The translations under genes and the position numbers were made by a program. Below the pieces are notes generated by a model. That model saw only the letters and a program-made list of their open reading frames with translations. It had not been told where the DNA came from and did not search any database. Positions 1 through 13,213 of a DNA stretch of 64,000 nt are shown piece after piece (the first letter of the stretch is position 1; each line of letters opens with the position of its first letter). Source of the DNA: Octopus bimaculoides (lineage: Eukaryota); the NCBI RefSeq assembly GCF_001194135.2, contig NC_068981.1, positions 150,800,556 to 150,864,555 on the forward strand, given 5' to 3'.

Positions 1-1854
1 GAATTAGCTTTGTAGGACCTATAACAGTCTTCCTCATTTTGTATTGTACTCACTAGAATAGTTAGTGTGTGCCACCCAGGGCAGCCCTTCTGTTTGTTGC
101 CCCAAGACCCCACAAAAAAACATTACCTACAGCAGACCAAAAAGTGCCGCCTGGGGCGGACTGCCCCTACCCCAGCTATGCAAGTGATTGTACTCATCAT
201 GATTTCCTTTCTGAAGCAGTATTTTATGGTTAAATTCTTTTCCTGTGGGCTATCCTTTTAGCTGCCTTTTATTCATGCATGGAAATGGTATATTTTTCCT
301 AAAAGTAGGACATATACAGTTTGAGATAGAACAAAATGTTTTATTTCTGGTATATGCAACTGAAGTGGTATTACATTAAAATAGCCATCTCTGTGTCATA
401 CTTAATGTAAAAAAAAAAAAAATCACTGCTGACAGGAAAGTTACTGCAGTTTTCATCTGAGATAAACTGTTTCATTAACATACACCAGATTATTTATTCA
501 GCTCAGCAGCTGTTCACAATACCAGTGAATGCTTTATTCACTGTTTCCTAAATCAGATGTGACAAATCTCATCTAGGCATGTAGCTGGCAGTCACTACAC
601 ATCACTGAAAAGACCTAACAAGGCTGAAATGTATCTTGTATTCTCACTGGACACTGCTGAGAAGAATTTTCATCTCCCTCTAATATGTACTGAGTTTTTA
701 ATACAGTATCTCCATAAGAAATATTATCTCAGACAAAAACTGCATTAATGTGCCTGTCAGCAGGGCATATGCATTAAATAGGATACATAGATGGTTATTT
801 TATTCTCTGTGATTGTGTACCTAGGACCACATAATCCAGTGTGTCCAACAATTTGAGACAGTGGGGTATGACTTTAAGCAGGGTTTAGCAGTTATTTTTC
901 AGCAGATTGAGGCTTCCAAAAGAGGTAGCATTTCACATTGGAATAAATATTACACATAACCTAGAGACAATCAATAACGAATCAAAATAAAGAATGTAAA
1001 AGATGCCAAAACCAAAGAAAAATTGCAAGGAAATGAGACAGAAACCAAAAGAGGAAAAGAAATATATATATATATATATATATATATACATGCACACATA
1101 CACACACGCACACATCTAGACGGAAAATTCAATAAAAATAAAACAAAAAATATATAGATGAGAAAAAAAAAATTAATTAAATAAAAGCAATAATGAATGA
1201 AGCTTCGGATAATGTTTCTTTAATCAATCTATTTCGCAGTAGTTATTTTAGGTGTTCTCTGTCCAATATTGAAATCTCAAGTGATAGTAATTAATGCTCA
1301 GTAGAATAGAACCAAGATGCAGGAAGACTTTCCAAGAACAATAAGCATTCATGCATGATCTGTATGTGAGTATTTTTTTATTTCTTTGTAAGAAAAAAAA
1401 AAGAGATGGTTGAAGAAATCACAATGTAGGTAGAATAGAACACAACTGTGTGAATGGATCTGAGCTAAACTTTGTATAAGGACATTATAAAGATGTGTTA
1501 AGTTTTACACCACCACCACATGCACAGAAAGGCATACATACATAAATAAATATATACACACTAATACAAATAAAATATACACACATAGCAATGTTACAGT
1601 AATCAATGTAGTAGAGTAAGCAACAAGCTAAATGTGTAGAGAATGGGAGAAGGTAATAATAGGTTGCTTTGTTTATAAACAATGTGAAATGTAGACTTCG
1701 TGTACACACAATGTACTAGCGAGTCATACATGAACCTTTCCTTTTTGTTATTGCTGTGTAGCATCTTAGGACAGAGGCTATTACAGTCTCAGGCTGACTA
1801 ATAGTTTGCACAAGTGAAACTGGTAGGTGAAAAATGTGCAGAAGTTTGGGATAG

Positions 1855-2100
1855 CCTCATCATTTAAAGTCCACTTTTCCATGCCTGCATTGGCCAGATG
1901 GAATTTATTGACGCAGATCTTCTAGTCAGATACCCTACCTGTAGCCAACCCTCACCTGTTTCCAAGCAAGTTATTTTCCCATAGCTACACATGTCTTTGT
2001 TTTTTGGGGTTTTTTTGTTTCATGGAAGACTGAAAATGAACAGCCTTGCTTGTATGACAATAATGCTCATTTACAACCATCAAGTGATGTCCAAACAAGA
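1855..2100 (-). mobile_element. Degenerate SINE-like repeat related to the (GAT)n-tailed family
   Basis: Reverse strand reads ...ggaaacaggtgagggttggctacagg...catggaaaagtggactttaaatgatga, matching the 3' end shared by copies at 3611 and 47015. Confidence 0.6.
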
Positions 2101-2153
2101 GTACACATAAACACACACACACATATATATATATACATATATATACATACATG

Positions 2154-2202
<49 letters not shown>

Positions 2203-2724
2203 AAGTCAGTAAATAGTGGGGTTGTGTTAACCGCACGTGAAATTCCAACCATTTCTTAACACACATACCCCTCAGTGACCTTATTTCTCTAGGAACAGAC
2301 ATAAACTTCCTGTTGAAAAAGAATTCATAACTCCAACTAAAAACATTTGTCTCCCCTTACACACACTTCCTGTTTTGACACCACACTTCCTGCTTAACAC
2401 AAACTTTTAACCCTTTTTTTAAACCTAACACAACTCTCAATTCTCATGCATCCTTATTTTTCCAACCATTATATACATGAATTACCATTGAACTTCAAAA
2501 GCTCAAAGACAATATAATGTATTGGTATATTTATTTTTTTATATATTATTTTCTTCATTTTGTACTTCTTTGTAAAAAAAACATTTTCATTCTCCCTCTT
2601 CTTGAAAATTTGCTTCGCAATGAAAGCCGGTTAGAAATCTTTATTAAAATATGCTTCCAGTTTAGCATTCTGCCCTATTATTATTTTTCATTTTCCTATA
2701 TATATATATATATATATCTTTATT

Positions 2725-2922
2725 CTTTTACTTGTTTCAGTCATTTGACTGTGACCATGCTGGAGCACCACCTTTACTTGAACAAATCAACCCCAGGATT
2801 TATTCTTTGTAAGCCTACTACTTATTCTATCAGTCTCTTTTGCCGAACTGCTACGTTACAGGGATGTAAACAACCAACATTGGTTGTCAAGCAATGGTGG
2901 GGGAACAAACACAGACACACAA

Positions 2923-3017
<95 letters not shown>

Positions 3018-3165
3018 ACAGGCCTTTTTCAGTTTCTGTCTACCAAATCCACTCACAAGGCTTTGGTCAGCCCGAGATTATAGTAGAAGACACTTGCCCA
3101 CGGTGTCACACAGTGGTACTGAACCTGGGACCATGTGGTTGGTAAGCAAGCTACAGTCATGCTTG
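2725..3165 (-). mobile_element. tRNA-derived SINE family A copy with internal (TA)n/(CA)n microsatellite
   Basis: Collinear with copies at 16037-16528 and 51903-52305: A-box/B-box-like head (tggctgtgtggtaag ... ggttcagtccc), central microsatellite, tail gactgaaacaagtaaaag. Confidence 0.85.
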
Positions 3166-3610
3166 CATCTATATACATATAGTATAATCAAAAGGGTTAA
3201 AGGTCCTTCCCAAGATGTAGGCTCATAAGGCTGGTTTCCCAGATTCTGTAGAGTATATATTCCCACACACACACACACACACCTTGACAGGATGCCAATC
3301 CATTACAGAATAATTCATTTTTGCCATTTGAGTGGAGTAGGGCAATGTGAAATACATTGTTTTGCTCAAGAATACAATACAGTCGATTATAATGGCTCTT
3401 TTGCTTGTGTTGGCCTTTCTTGACTCTTTGTGTTGGTCATTGAACTGTGGTCATACTCAAGCTCTGCCTCAAGGGCTTTAGTTGATTATAATAGCTCCAA
3501 TTCTACTTATAAAGTCCGGCACTTAGTGATTTCTGTTTGTTGAACCACTGAATTACAGGATGTAAACAAAAACACCATCTTTTCAAATTGTGTGAATTTA
3601 TATCTTGTGC

Positions 3611-3956
3611 CCAGCATCGCCTTCCTGGCACTTGTGCCGGTGGCATATGTAAAGACATTTGAGCGAGATCATTGCCAGTGCCGCTGGACTGGCTCCTGTG
3701 CAGGTGGCACGTAAAATACACCATTTTGAGCATGGCCATTGCCAGTACCACCTGACTGGCCTTCATGCCGGTGGCACGTAAAAGCACCCACTACACTCTC
3801 GGAGTGGTTGGCGTTAGGAAGGGCATCCAGCTGTAGAAACTCTGCCAGATCAGATTGGAGCCTGGTGCAGCAACCTGGTTCACCAGTCCTCAGTCAAATC
3901 GTCCAACCCATGCTAGCATGGAAAGCGGACGTTAAACGATGATGATGATGATGATA
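3611..3956 (+). mobile_element. SINE-like family D copy with (GAT)n tail
   Basis: Internal modules (tgccggtggcacgtaaaagcacc), then gttggcgttaggaagggcatccagctgtagaaac and cccatgctagcatggaaagcggacgttaaac(gat)n; near-identical copies at 21417, 36179 and 47015. Confidence 0.85.
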
Positions 3957-4796
3957 TGCTTAGGCACAGCTATAGCAGAACACACATGCCCCAAATCCTG
4001 CGCAGCAGAAGTGAATTTGAAACTACAAAGAGTTGGTAAGCAAACTTTCTCGCTACAGAGTCGTGTTGTGCACCAAACTCAAAAGAATAAAATGATTATA
4101 AAACCTTCAGGACATTAACCATTCCACAACAAAACCTCCTACACAAATACACAGCCATTATATTTTTTAATTAATTTTGAATATAATCAAGAATTTGGAA
4201 GAATTTACTAAAATAACTAAATTTTCATTATTAAGTTAGTGTTGGGAATGTAGTTAAATAAAAGGATTTTATTCAAAATTATGGAGAGTTGTTTTCATTA
4301 TTTAAATATGAACAATTTAAAACTGAGTCTTTCTTTCATGGAACAAAAAGAAGGGTTCAGGCTAGCTAGTATTAAAAGAGTTAATTAAAGCCCTTTTTCA
4401 TATGCATGTGATAGGGCACTAAAGCTTTCCGTTGAAAAGCTGTACTTACGATCATTAAACAAAGTAGTAAACAAATAGTTTAACTTTCAATATAACACTG
4501 ATAGACATTTAAGGTTTACTGTTGTACAAGGATTTATAATCACCCTCAATACATACACATCTACACACACAAACTTGTTTGAAAATCTGGCAGATGTCAG
4601 AACAAGTGCCTTTGCTTTTGACCTCTGAAGTTCAAATCCTGTCAAGGTCAACTTTGCCTTTCATCTCTTCAGGCTTGATATAAAATATAGTACTAGTCAA
4701 GTACTGAGGTCAATGGTAAGGACCACCCCCCTCCCCTCAAAATTGCTGGCCTTGTGCCTAAATCAGACACACTATCATTATTATCATTATTATTAT

Positions 4797-5045
4797 TTAA
4801 GGTGGCAAGCTGGCAGAATCATTAGCATGCCGAGTGAAATGCTTAGCGGTATTTCTTCTGTCTTTATGTTCTGAGTTCAAATTCCACTGAGGTCAATTTT
4901 GCCTTTCATCCTATCGGGGGTTGATAAATGAAATATCAGTTGCACACTGAGGCTGATCTAATCAACTGGCCCCTTCCCTAAAAATTTCGGGCACTTGTGC
5001 CTAGAGTAGAAAAGCTTATTATTATTATTATTATTATTATTAGTA
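4797..5045 (+). mobile_element. tRNA-derived SINE family B copy with (ATT)n tail
   Basis: Head aaggtggcaagctggcagaatc...gagttcaaattcc, central tttgcctttcatcc...gataaa (resembles the Meta domain of MetaSINEs, from recall), tail gtagaaaag(att)n. Confidence 0.8.
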
Positions 5046-7420
5046 GTAGTAGTAGTAGTAATAGTAGTAGTAGTAATATATGCAGTCTTAAATATGTAAC
5101 AGCACAAGACATTAAATGGACAAAGCATTAAAAACTAAGTATGGAGTGAAATATTCATAATTTGATAGTCTACAAATTAATTCTTTCGAAGTTTCTCCGA
5201 TGGAGTATTTGAAATAGGAAATATAATACAAATAAGAGATTGGTGTTGATCAGTATCAGCAAATGTTAACCCTTCCACATCCATATCTCCTTTGAATTGC
5301 ACTAGATTTATGGCTTTGAATTTCAGTTTGATCAACCAGCTAGAAATAATAATCAAGTTCCCTAAAATCACATTGCCCTTACAGAAGAAGGACACTGAAG
5401 AATGTGATCCTAGAAATACAAAACGACAGGATGGTTACAGCTAGAAAGCCTTTCACCACAGGTCGGCTTACTCAGTTAGAACCTGAAGCTAAACAGTAAC
5501 AACATCAAGATAATATACAGCACGAGAACATTCAAGTACTGAGTACAAAGAATACAATTTCATAATAAAGTGTCGCCAACATTTTTGATGTAGTTAGCCA
5601 ATAAATTTTAGTTAATTAAAATTAACTTAGAGCAATAACAAAACAAAAATCAATATCTTCATGATTGATTCTGTTCAAGGAAATTTCAGAATGTAAATTA
5701 ATTAAAATTAATTAAATATAAATCTGAAAGAATCAAATATAGCCTTTAACATTAAGTTATAATTTTTACTTGTTGCCATCATTGTTGCTGTCATCATTGT
5801 TGTTCTTTCTGTAGTCATATAGCCCCCAGTTAGCCTTCAACAAATAGACCAATCGCCATGTAAGTAGATAGCTAAATGACTAAGTATGATCTACAAATCC
5901 ACAGCTCTTGATATGCCACATCTGTGCTTAGTTGAGGATTTATACTGCACAGACTGATATGCTATGCTTAATTGTAAGCAGTATAGGGTTGCAATTGGTG
6001 CATGGTGTACCATTGCACTGTCCATTATTTGTATGTTATTTAGCACCACATTAAATTTGCTTATGCCAAGTCAGACCTATGATCAACATGCTCTATTTAT
6101 GAGCAACCCATCTTATATCCTCAGACAATACATCAAAGTCTGCACTATTTAATGAGTCCTCCTTTTCTTAAGATGGCAAAGTAAGGTTTATAAGAAATAT
6201 GATTTATCTCTAGCTGATCAAATAACCATGCTGAGTTGAGTGATAGAACCTTTTTTTGAAATGTAAATTTCAAGTGCCTAAAAACATGACTGTACTCTTG
6301 TTTTAATATAAATAATGAATGACATTTTACAAATTCATAGTTATACAATTTATTAAATTACTGCTTTTATCTGAAAGCCTAAACAGTTTTTCTCTTATGA
6401 GCATTGTTTTCTTGAGATTTGATCAAGAAGTAGTTTCAAGTTTGGTAGTAAACAAAATTTTTCCCAAATGCAGAGTATTTTTTATTGCTCAAACAGGAGA
6501 TGAACAGCACCTATAACTCTGTACAAAACCACCAAGACTGGTGGCACAAATGAGAGATAAGGCTTAAATGCTTACAACAGAGGATACTCCACAAAAAATT
6601 CCCAAAGTTTAGGTGGTAATATTAAGCCAAGCAACAAAGGAAGTGGGATTTGACTACAGATTGCATAGAACCACAACAAACCTCATGACGGCATCCCATC
6701 CTATGATAAGGAGCTTTATGATGTTAGTCGCTCTAATGATTCTGCCAATGTACAATCCTAAACAAATGCTTTATTTATCAACTCTGGAAGAAAGTATGAT
6801 CTATAGATTCTAACATCAACTAGAATCAACTAGAATCCTCACCATTATAACTGATGTAGTGACAGTTATGAGACCCACAAAGCTAACCCTACTACATCAC
6901 TAAGAAAAATTTCCTTATTACCATAAAATGTATGTTGTAGAATATTATGTCATATATCCAAGACTGAATTATCTAACACACTCAACCATTATGAAAACTG
7001 AAAGAAGAGTTTGAAAGAAAACTGACTTCTATTTCTAGCAAGTTAAATGATAACCTAAGGGTTACTTTTGTTGGCTCATTATAATCCTTAGCCATTGTTA
7101 TTTAGCCCTTGTTAGTTGTGACCAACAGACCTGTGATCAACAAAGTTCTACCTGTAACCAGCCTATCTTGTCTTTTTCAAGCACTGTGCGACTAAGAACA
7201 GATGAACCTTAAAGTCCTTCTTTTTGAAGATGGTAGAATGTAATTTCAGTGTAATAGGCTATCATGATAGGCAACTATTTCAAGTAAGGTAAATGTCTGT
7301 TGAGGCTCTTGTATTGGCCCAGGAAAATCCTTAGTCAAAGCACCAAGTACAGGAGATAAAGCTGTCACCCTCACTTTATCGTGAACAATTACATCTGAAT
7401 GCAATTTGTACATTTAAGTG

Positions 7421-7485
7421 TTAGAATAATGAATTAAGGTGTTGAACTATTTCCTGAAAATCAGAACTTGTAAACTCATCAAACC
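7421..7485 (-). CDS. Candidate terminal coding exon (xFDEFTSSDFQEIVQHLNSLF*), product unknown
   Basis: Strong acceptor attctgtattttctgtgctttttag at 7486-7510; phase-1 open frame to TAA at 7423-7421; not within a recognised repeat; no homologue recognised. Confidence 0.35.
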
Positions 7486-8130
7486 CTAAAAAGCACAGAA
7501 AATACAGAATAACACATTTCAGGAATAGTTATAGAATCAAAAATTTGTAGTGCAACCACATGCTCATTGCATTGCCTCTTGGGCAAGTGTCTTTTGCTTT
7601 AGCCTTGAGTTGATAAATAGCTTCCAAGTGAAATTTGATAGGCAGAAACTGTGTAGGTGCTGTATTTATAAGTAGTCATGTGCTTATTAAATATACATTT
7701 ATAAGTACATGAGTGTGTGTCTGGAGATAGTTGCCTTTTATGCCAAACTAGCTTAAAAGACGCACTCCATGCAAACTTTTAGGCTAGCTCCTATGGAGGG
7801 CTAATTGGGGTTGCAGCCCAAAACTAAAGAGAGCAATAATAATAAAGCATTTGTTGGTACCCTACCAACATGGTATTATTTTAAAAATTCAATTTAAATG
7901 AAAAACTTGTAAGTTCACAAACTTTTGGAGTTCTTTTGAAATTTGAATTTTCAACTGTTAACAACAAATCCTCATCCAGACCTGATCCCAATGCTGGACA
8001 TTCAAGAACCAAATGAAGGGCAGACTTTCAATTCTGGGATCATTTATGTAGAGCAAATGTAGATTGAGATACTGGGGTCCTGGACAGATGGACAGACAGA
8101 ATTTCATGTTAATTATTATAGATAGTTAAA

Positions 8131-8340
8131 GGCGGCGAGCTGGCAGAATCGTTAGCACACTAGATGAAATGCTTATTGGTATTTCGTCTGCCACTATGTT
8201 CTGAGTTCAAATTCCGCCAAGGTCAACTTTGCCTTTCATCTTTTCAGGGTTGATAAATTAAGTACCAGTTGCGTACTGAGGTTGATGTAATCGATTATCC
8301 CCCTCCCCCAATCTCAGGACTTGTGTCTATAGCAGAAAGG
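8131..8340 (+). mobile_element. SINE family B copy with 19-bp target site duplication
   Basis: Full head to tail; flanked by attattatagatagttaaa at 8112-8130 and 8341-8359. Confidence 0.9.
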
Positions 8341-8371
8341 ATTATTATAGATAGTTAAAACTCATACCTAT

Positions 8372-8545
8372 TCAATATTGGTTTCGAATTTTGGTACAAG
8401 GCCAGTAATTTTGGGAAAGGTGTCAAGTCAATTATACCAACCCCATTACTCAACTGGTACTTATTTAATCGACCCCAAAAGAATTAAAAGCAAAGTCGAA
8501 ATTTTACTTCAGAATGTAGACAGATGAAATGTTGCTAAGCACTTC
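8372..8545 (-). mobile_element. Older SINE family B copy, inverted relative to 8131-8340
   Basis: actggtacttatttaatcgacccc...aaagcaaagtcga...tcagaatgtagacagatgaaatg is the reverse complement of the family B core. Confidence 0.7.
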
Positions 8546-9249
8546 AAAATGGTGTCACCCACTCATGGAATGGTGACAATCTAATAACTATATCTAGTAA
8601 AATATATGAAAAATAGTTAATAAATATAATATAGATAAATAAATAAATACGAATACAACTAAATAAATGCATGTAAATGTTTCCATCACCACAAAAGTCA
8701 CAAATTTGCAGGTGGGGAAGGTATAGACAAGCACTTATCCACATCTCCCAGCCGGAAGTACGCAAGGTAACGTCGACCAGGTTCATTGAATAAACAACAC
8801 ACACACACACACACTAAAATAAATATAGCTAAATAAATAATATATTTGTAAACTACATTTTATACATGTGTGTGTGTGTATCCATCCTATGGGCTACTAT
8901 GCAGCTTCTATCTGCCCAATTTTATTTACAAGGTATGGACCAATCTGGTCCATAACAATCTGGTCCAAAAAAAATAACATTTGCTCAAGTTGCCATGCAC
9001 TGGGATTGAACCCAGAGAACTCGTACTTGCAAAGCAAATTTCCTAATCATTCAGCCATACTACATATACTAAAACCCAAGAAGTACAACCTTTTTACACC
9101 TTCTGTCATGCTGAAACTACCTGAGAATTATATGAAGGGCACACATGTCTATGTAATGCTCAGTTACTATCACCACATTACATACAAAGCTGGTTTATCA
9201 AATTACATATATAAATATACACATATATGTACAGTTATTTATGTACGTA

Positions 9250-9309
<60 letters not shown>

Positions 9310-9313
<4 letters not shown>

Positions 9314-9526
9314 TGGGTACTGAAAGGTTTCTAGCTTTAGGTAATGGAAAATATAGAAGGATCAGTTAATTATGATTTTATCCAGCATATTCCCCTCTCA
9401 GATTCACACACTTATTGCAGTGGTCCCTCAGTTTTTCTAAGCCCTGTAAAAGAACTCTGAAGGTTGGGCCTCCAGCCAGGCCTTTCATGATACCCTTAAA
9501 CCCAGGAACTTTTCAGTACTCTTTCA
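9310..9526. mobile_element. Tc1/mariner-type MITE
   Basis: Imperfect TIRs cgagtgggtactgaaaggtttc / ggaacttttcagtactctttca; TA follows the right end. Confidence 0.6.
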
Positions 9527-9724
9527 TACACACAAACGACAAACAGAAGGTGTACTCAATACATGTAGCAAAGTCTAAATATTCATAGGAAGAGGATGAT
9601 TTACTCCATCCCCAGATAGAGTTTATCTCCAAGTCACAACACGATGAAGAAGCACATATAATTAGAAAGTCAGAGTAACTGTTGAGCAACTCATTGGTCT
9701 TTTCCAATTAAATGATGTATATAA

Positions 9725-9771
<47 letters not shown>

Positions 9772-11851
9772 TTAGTTCATTATTAAGCAAATATACTTCA
9801 AACTGAAAAATCCACCTTACTACTTACGGAAAATAGTATTGTCAGCATGTCTTTCTGCACCTGAAGACTAATATCCATTAAGAAGGTTGGAGTGAGAAGT
9901 AAATTTATCCTAAATTTCTCAAACTGAAATATATTTCCATTATATTGGCTTCAACATTGGTTATTCTCTTCATTGTTTGTGCTAGCTATGTAGAGCTATG
10001 TACATCTATATAAAATACTACTTCTCCAATCACTGGCCACCAATAACTACTACTACTTGTAGTAAAATAAATATACATACACAGCTAAATACATATACAG
10101 TTAAATAGTCATGTTTGCTCTCATTGATAACACGTATTACAAATATCTTGAGTTGAAAACAGATGTGGGTGTTTTTTTTTTCTTTTTGTGTGTATGTAAA
10201 CAAAAACTTTGACACAAATAGATAGCTTTGTCAATAAACTAAATTGTACAACAACAATAATCACTTCTAAATAGTAAAAATACCATGAAGTATTCAGTAA
10301 TGGCTGGGGAGTGATCATGTATAAAAACATCAGAGCTGACAAGAATTTACTTTGTTGAAAAGCAAAAGCATGAAAATTATAAAACTTGAACAAGGAAACT
10401 CGACCCAAAAAACAGAAACTTCCTTTAATAATTAAGTTCAAAAGAGAAGTGCAAAAGAAAAAAAAAAAGACTTGTCATTCAACATTTGCCAAATTCATTG
10501 AATTCTTGTGAAAAGTTACCTCATATAACTTTACAATACAGCATTAGTTAATGAATGCAGTTTTATTTTTCTTCGCTAATTCATCAGATGAATAAACTTG
10601 GCATAGATTTTCTTACTCAATGGATATCTTCAGGAATTGAGGTTTCCAAACTTTCATTTGTTTAATATCATCAAGTAGACTGACAGAAATGTCAGCACAC
10701 TGTGCAAAATGCATAACAGCATTTTGTCCATCTCTAAATTCTGAGTTGAAATTCCACTGAGGCCGACTTTGCTTTCCATCCTTTTGGAATCGATTAAGTT
10801 AGTACTAGAAATATTACATTTCTAAATCTCAGAGATTTATACAGTAACAGCATGATAAAGTGATGGTATGTTGCCAACTTAATGAGGTAGTCCCATGAAA
10901 GGGAAGAATGCTACTGCTATTTAGCCCTAGGAAACACCGTTTCCAGTTGGCCATGACACATCTTCTGCATCCTTATCTCCTCTTTGAAAGCATTGTTCCC
11001 TTTCATGGAACTGCTACATAAAGTTGGCAGCATACCATCAAAGTTAGAACTAGTTGAATATTGAGGTTGATGTAATTGACTAGCCCCCCCCCCACTCTCT
11101 CCTGAAATTGTAAGTCTTGTGCCAATGAAACCAATATTATAGAGCAGACTAAAGCATAACCAGAGCAATCATAAGCAGTTATAGATTATTACCCTCTGGT
11201 TAAGTTGTGGATAAGTAAGTTCCAGTCAATACCACTCGCTACTGCTACCTACAAATCTATGGCAGACAACAGAATTTTGGGATAAGGGATGGATAGGCAC
11301 AGATGTGGCTATGTGGTAAGAACTTAGCTGCCCAACAACATGGTTTCAAGTTCAGTCCCACTGTGTGACACTTTGAACAAACGTATTCTAGTATAGCCTC
11401 AAATCAACTGATCCTGGGAGGATTTGAACTTAGATTACCTAATGGCTGCAAAGCATTTTGACCGCTGCTGAAAAGATACTGCCGATCTATTTTTATAATG
11501 TATTTAAAAAGAAAAAGATCAGTACCTTATATACTTCAAGAGTGAAAGGCCAAACAACAACAACAACAGGTGGATGAGGAGCAAGAGGAAAGAAGAGTAG
11601 GAAGAGGGAAGGGGAGGAGGCAAAATACAAGAGAAGAAAAGTTAATTATTTTTAAATAGCCACAGGCTATAGAATAGCCTGAGCATAGTTATGGAATATA
11701 ATTAAATCTAATTAGCAGAAAGGTTCTACTCTTTTTCGTATCAAACAACCTCAGCCTAGACATATACATATGCATGTGTGCATATATGTATACATATATA
11801 TGTGAATGTATGCATAAATGAATGAATGTGTATGCCTGTGTGGGTGTAAAC

Positions 11852-11903
<52 letters not shown>

Positions 11904-11939
11904 NNNNNNNNNNAAAATAAAAACAAAAACACAAAGGAT

Positions 11940-12019
11940 TCTGCGGTACACGTGTTTCAAGCTTTATAGTTGTTACATCAGTGTATAATTGACAATATAA
12001 AGCTATCTTCAGCCGCAAA
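11940..12019 (-). ncRNA. Type I hammerhead ribozyme (Penelope/retrozyme-type, minimal stem III)
   Basis: Minus strand: UUUGCGG-CUGAAGA-U-AGCUUUAUA-(27 nt)-UAUAAAGCU-U-GAAAC-ACGU-GU-A-CCGCAGA. Stem I is 7 bp (one G.U), stem II is 9 perfect bp, the conserved CUGANGA and GAAA boxes are present, and the cleavage triplet is GUA. Confidence 0.8.
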
Positions 12020-12382
12020 TGTATTCTCTCCCAAGAATTATATCACATAGGCGTTAAAGGAGGAAGAAAGATGAGATATAAGAGGTGAGGTTCCGTTTGG
12101 TATTTTGCATTGTACTATACCTCGTAGAATTCTTAATTTGCTATATTTATATATAATTTCCTCGGTACTCCGGAATCCGTCCATACCTTGCCATAATTCA
12201 GTGTGTAGTATTAAGTTGGTGGTTAAAAACAATATAATAAAATAACATAACAAAAATGAAATAATAATATAAAATAAAATAGGAATATAAAATACTAATA
12301 AGAAAAGAAAAATAATACACAGATATTCATACAAACATATATATATGTATATATATATATATATATACACACATATATATAT

Positions 12383-12417
<35 letters not shown>

Positions 12418-12695
12418 AATATATATATATATAAATCTATTTGACATGTATATATGAAAGAGTATATGTGCGCACATCTAACAAAACATTCTTAAACATA
12501 ACATAAATATCTTAGGTTATTTCATTTCATTTTCTAGGAAAATTTGAAGACTTTCTGTACATGCATATAACAATTTCTTTATTTCTTCGGACTAATGTAA
12601 TTATAACACATAGATACATGTGTGTGTGTGTGTGTGTGAGTATACACACACAGATACATATACATATATACACACATATATATACATGCACAATC

Positions 12696-13213
12696 AAGAT
12701 CGTTGCCAGTGCCCCTGGACTGGCTCTTGTGTGGGGCCGTCGTAGGATTTTCGAGCAAGATCGTTGCCAGTGCCCCTGGACTGGCTCTTGTGCGGGGCCG
12801 TTGTAGGATTTTCGAGCAAGATCGTTGCCAGTTCACCTGGACTGGCTCTTGTAAGGGGCCGTCGTAGGATTTTCGAGCGATATCGTTGCCAGTGCCCCTG
12901 GGCTGGCTCTTGTGCGGGTGATACCTGAAATTTTTCGAGCGAGATCGTTGCCGGTGCCCCTGGACTGGCTCTTGTGCGGGTGACACATGACATGCACCGT
13001 TTTGAGCGTGACCGTTGCCAGTGCCGCCTGGCTGACCTTCGTGGGATTTTCGAGCGAGATCGTTGCCAGTGCCCCTGGACTGGCTCTTGTGCGAGTGGCA
13101 CATGAAATGCACCATTTTGAGCATGGCCATTGCCAGTACCGCCTGACTGACCATCGTGCGGGTGACACGTAAAAGCACCCACTACACTCTCTGAGTGGTT
13201 GGCGTTAGGAAGG
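12696..13213 (+). mobile_element. SINE family D copy whose 5' module is amplified into a 61-bp tandem array
   Basis: Module (a/g)agatcgttgccagtgcccctggactggctcttgtg... starts at 12696, 12757, 12818, 12879, 12941 and 13056, then the normal family D body runs into the gap. Confidence 0.85.

Noticed and set aside
6480-6760. Phase-compatible minus-strand exon pair near 6.5 kb
   Set aside because: Requires a 57-nt intron, and the + strand shows a KPSNKGSG motif suggesting a Penelope-like RT relic.
8752-8780. ETS motif CCGGAAGT with CpG cluster as a promoter
   Set aside because: Sits within what looks like a decayed family B SINE segment; too short for a CpG island.
9828-9860. 33-nt minus-strand exon with good splice sites
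   Set aside because: Sequence resembles a dispersed repeat I recall from octopus DNA; likely a pseudo-exon.
12696-13100. CRISPR-like repeat-spacer array
   Set aside because: Eukaryotic context, no unique spacers, no cas genes; units are SINE modules.
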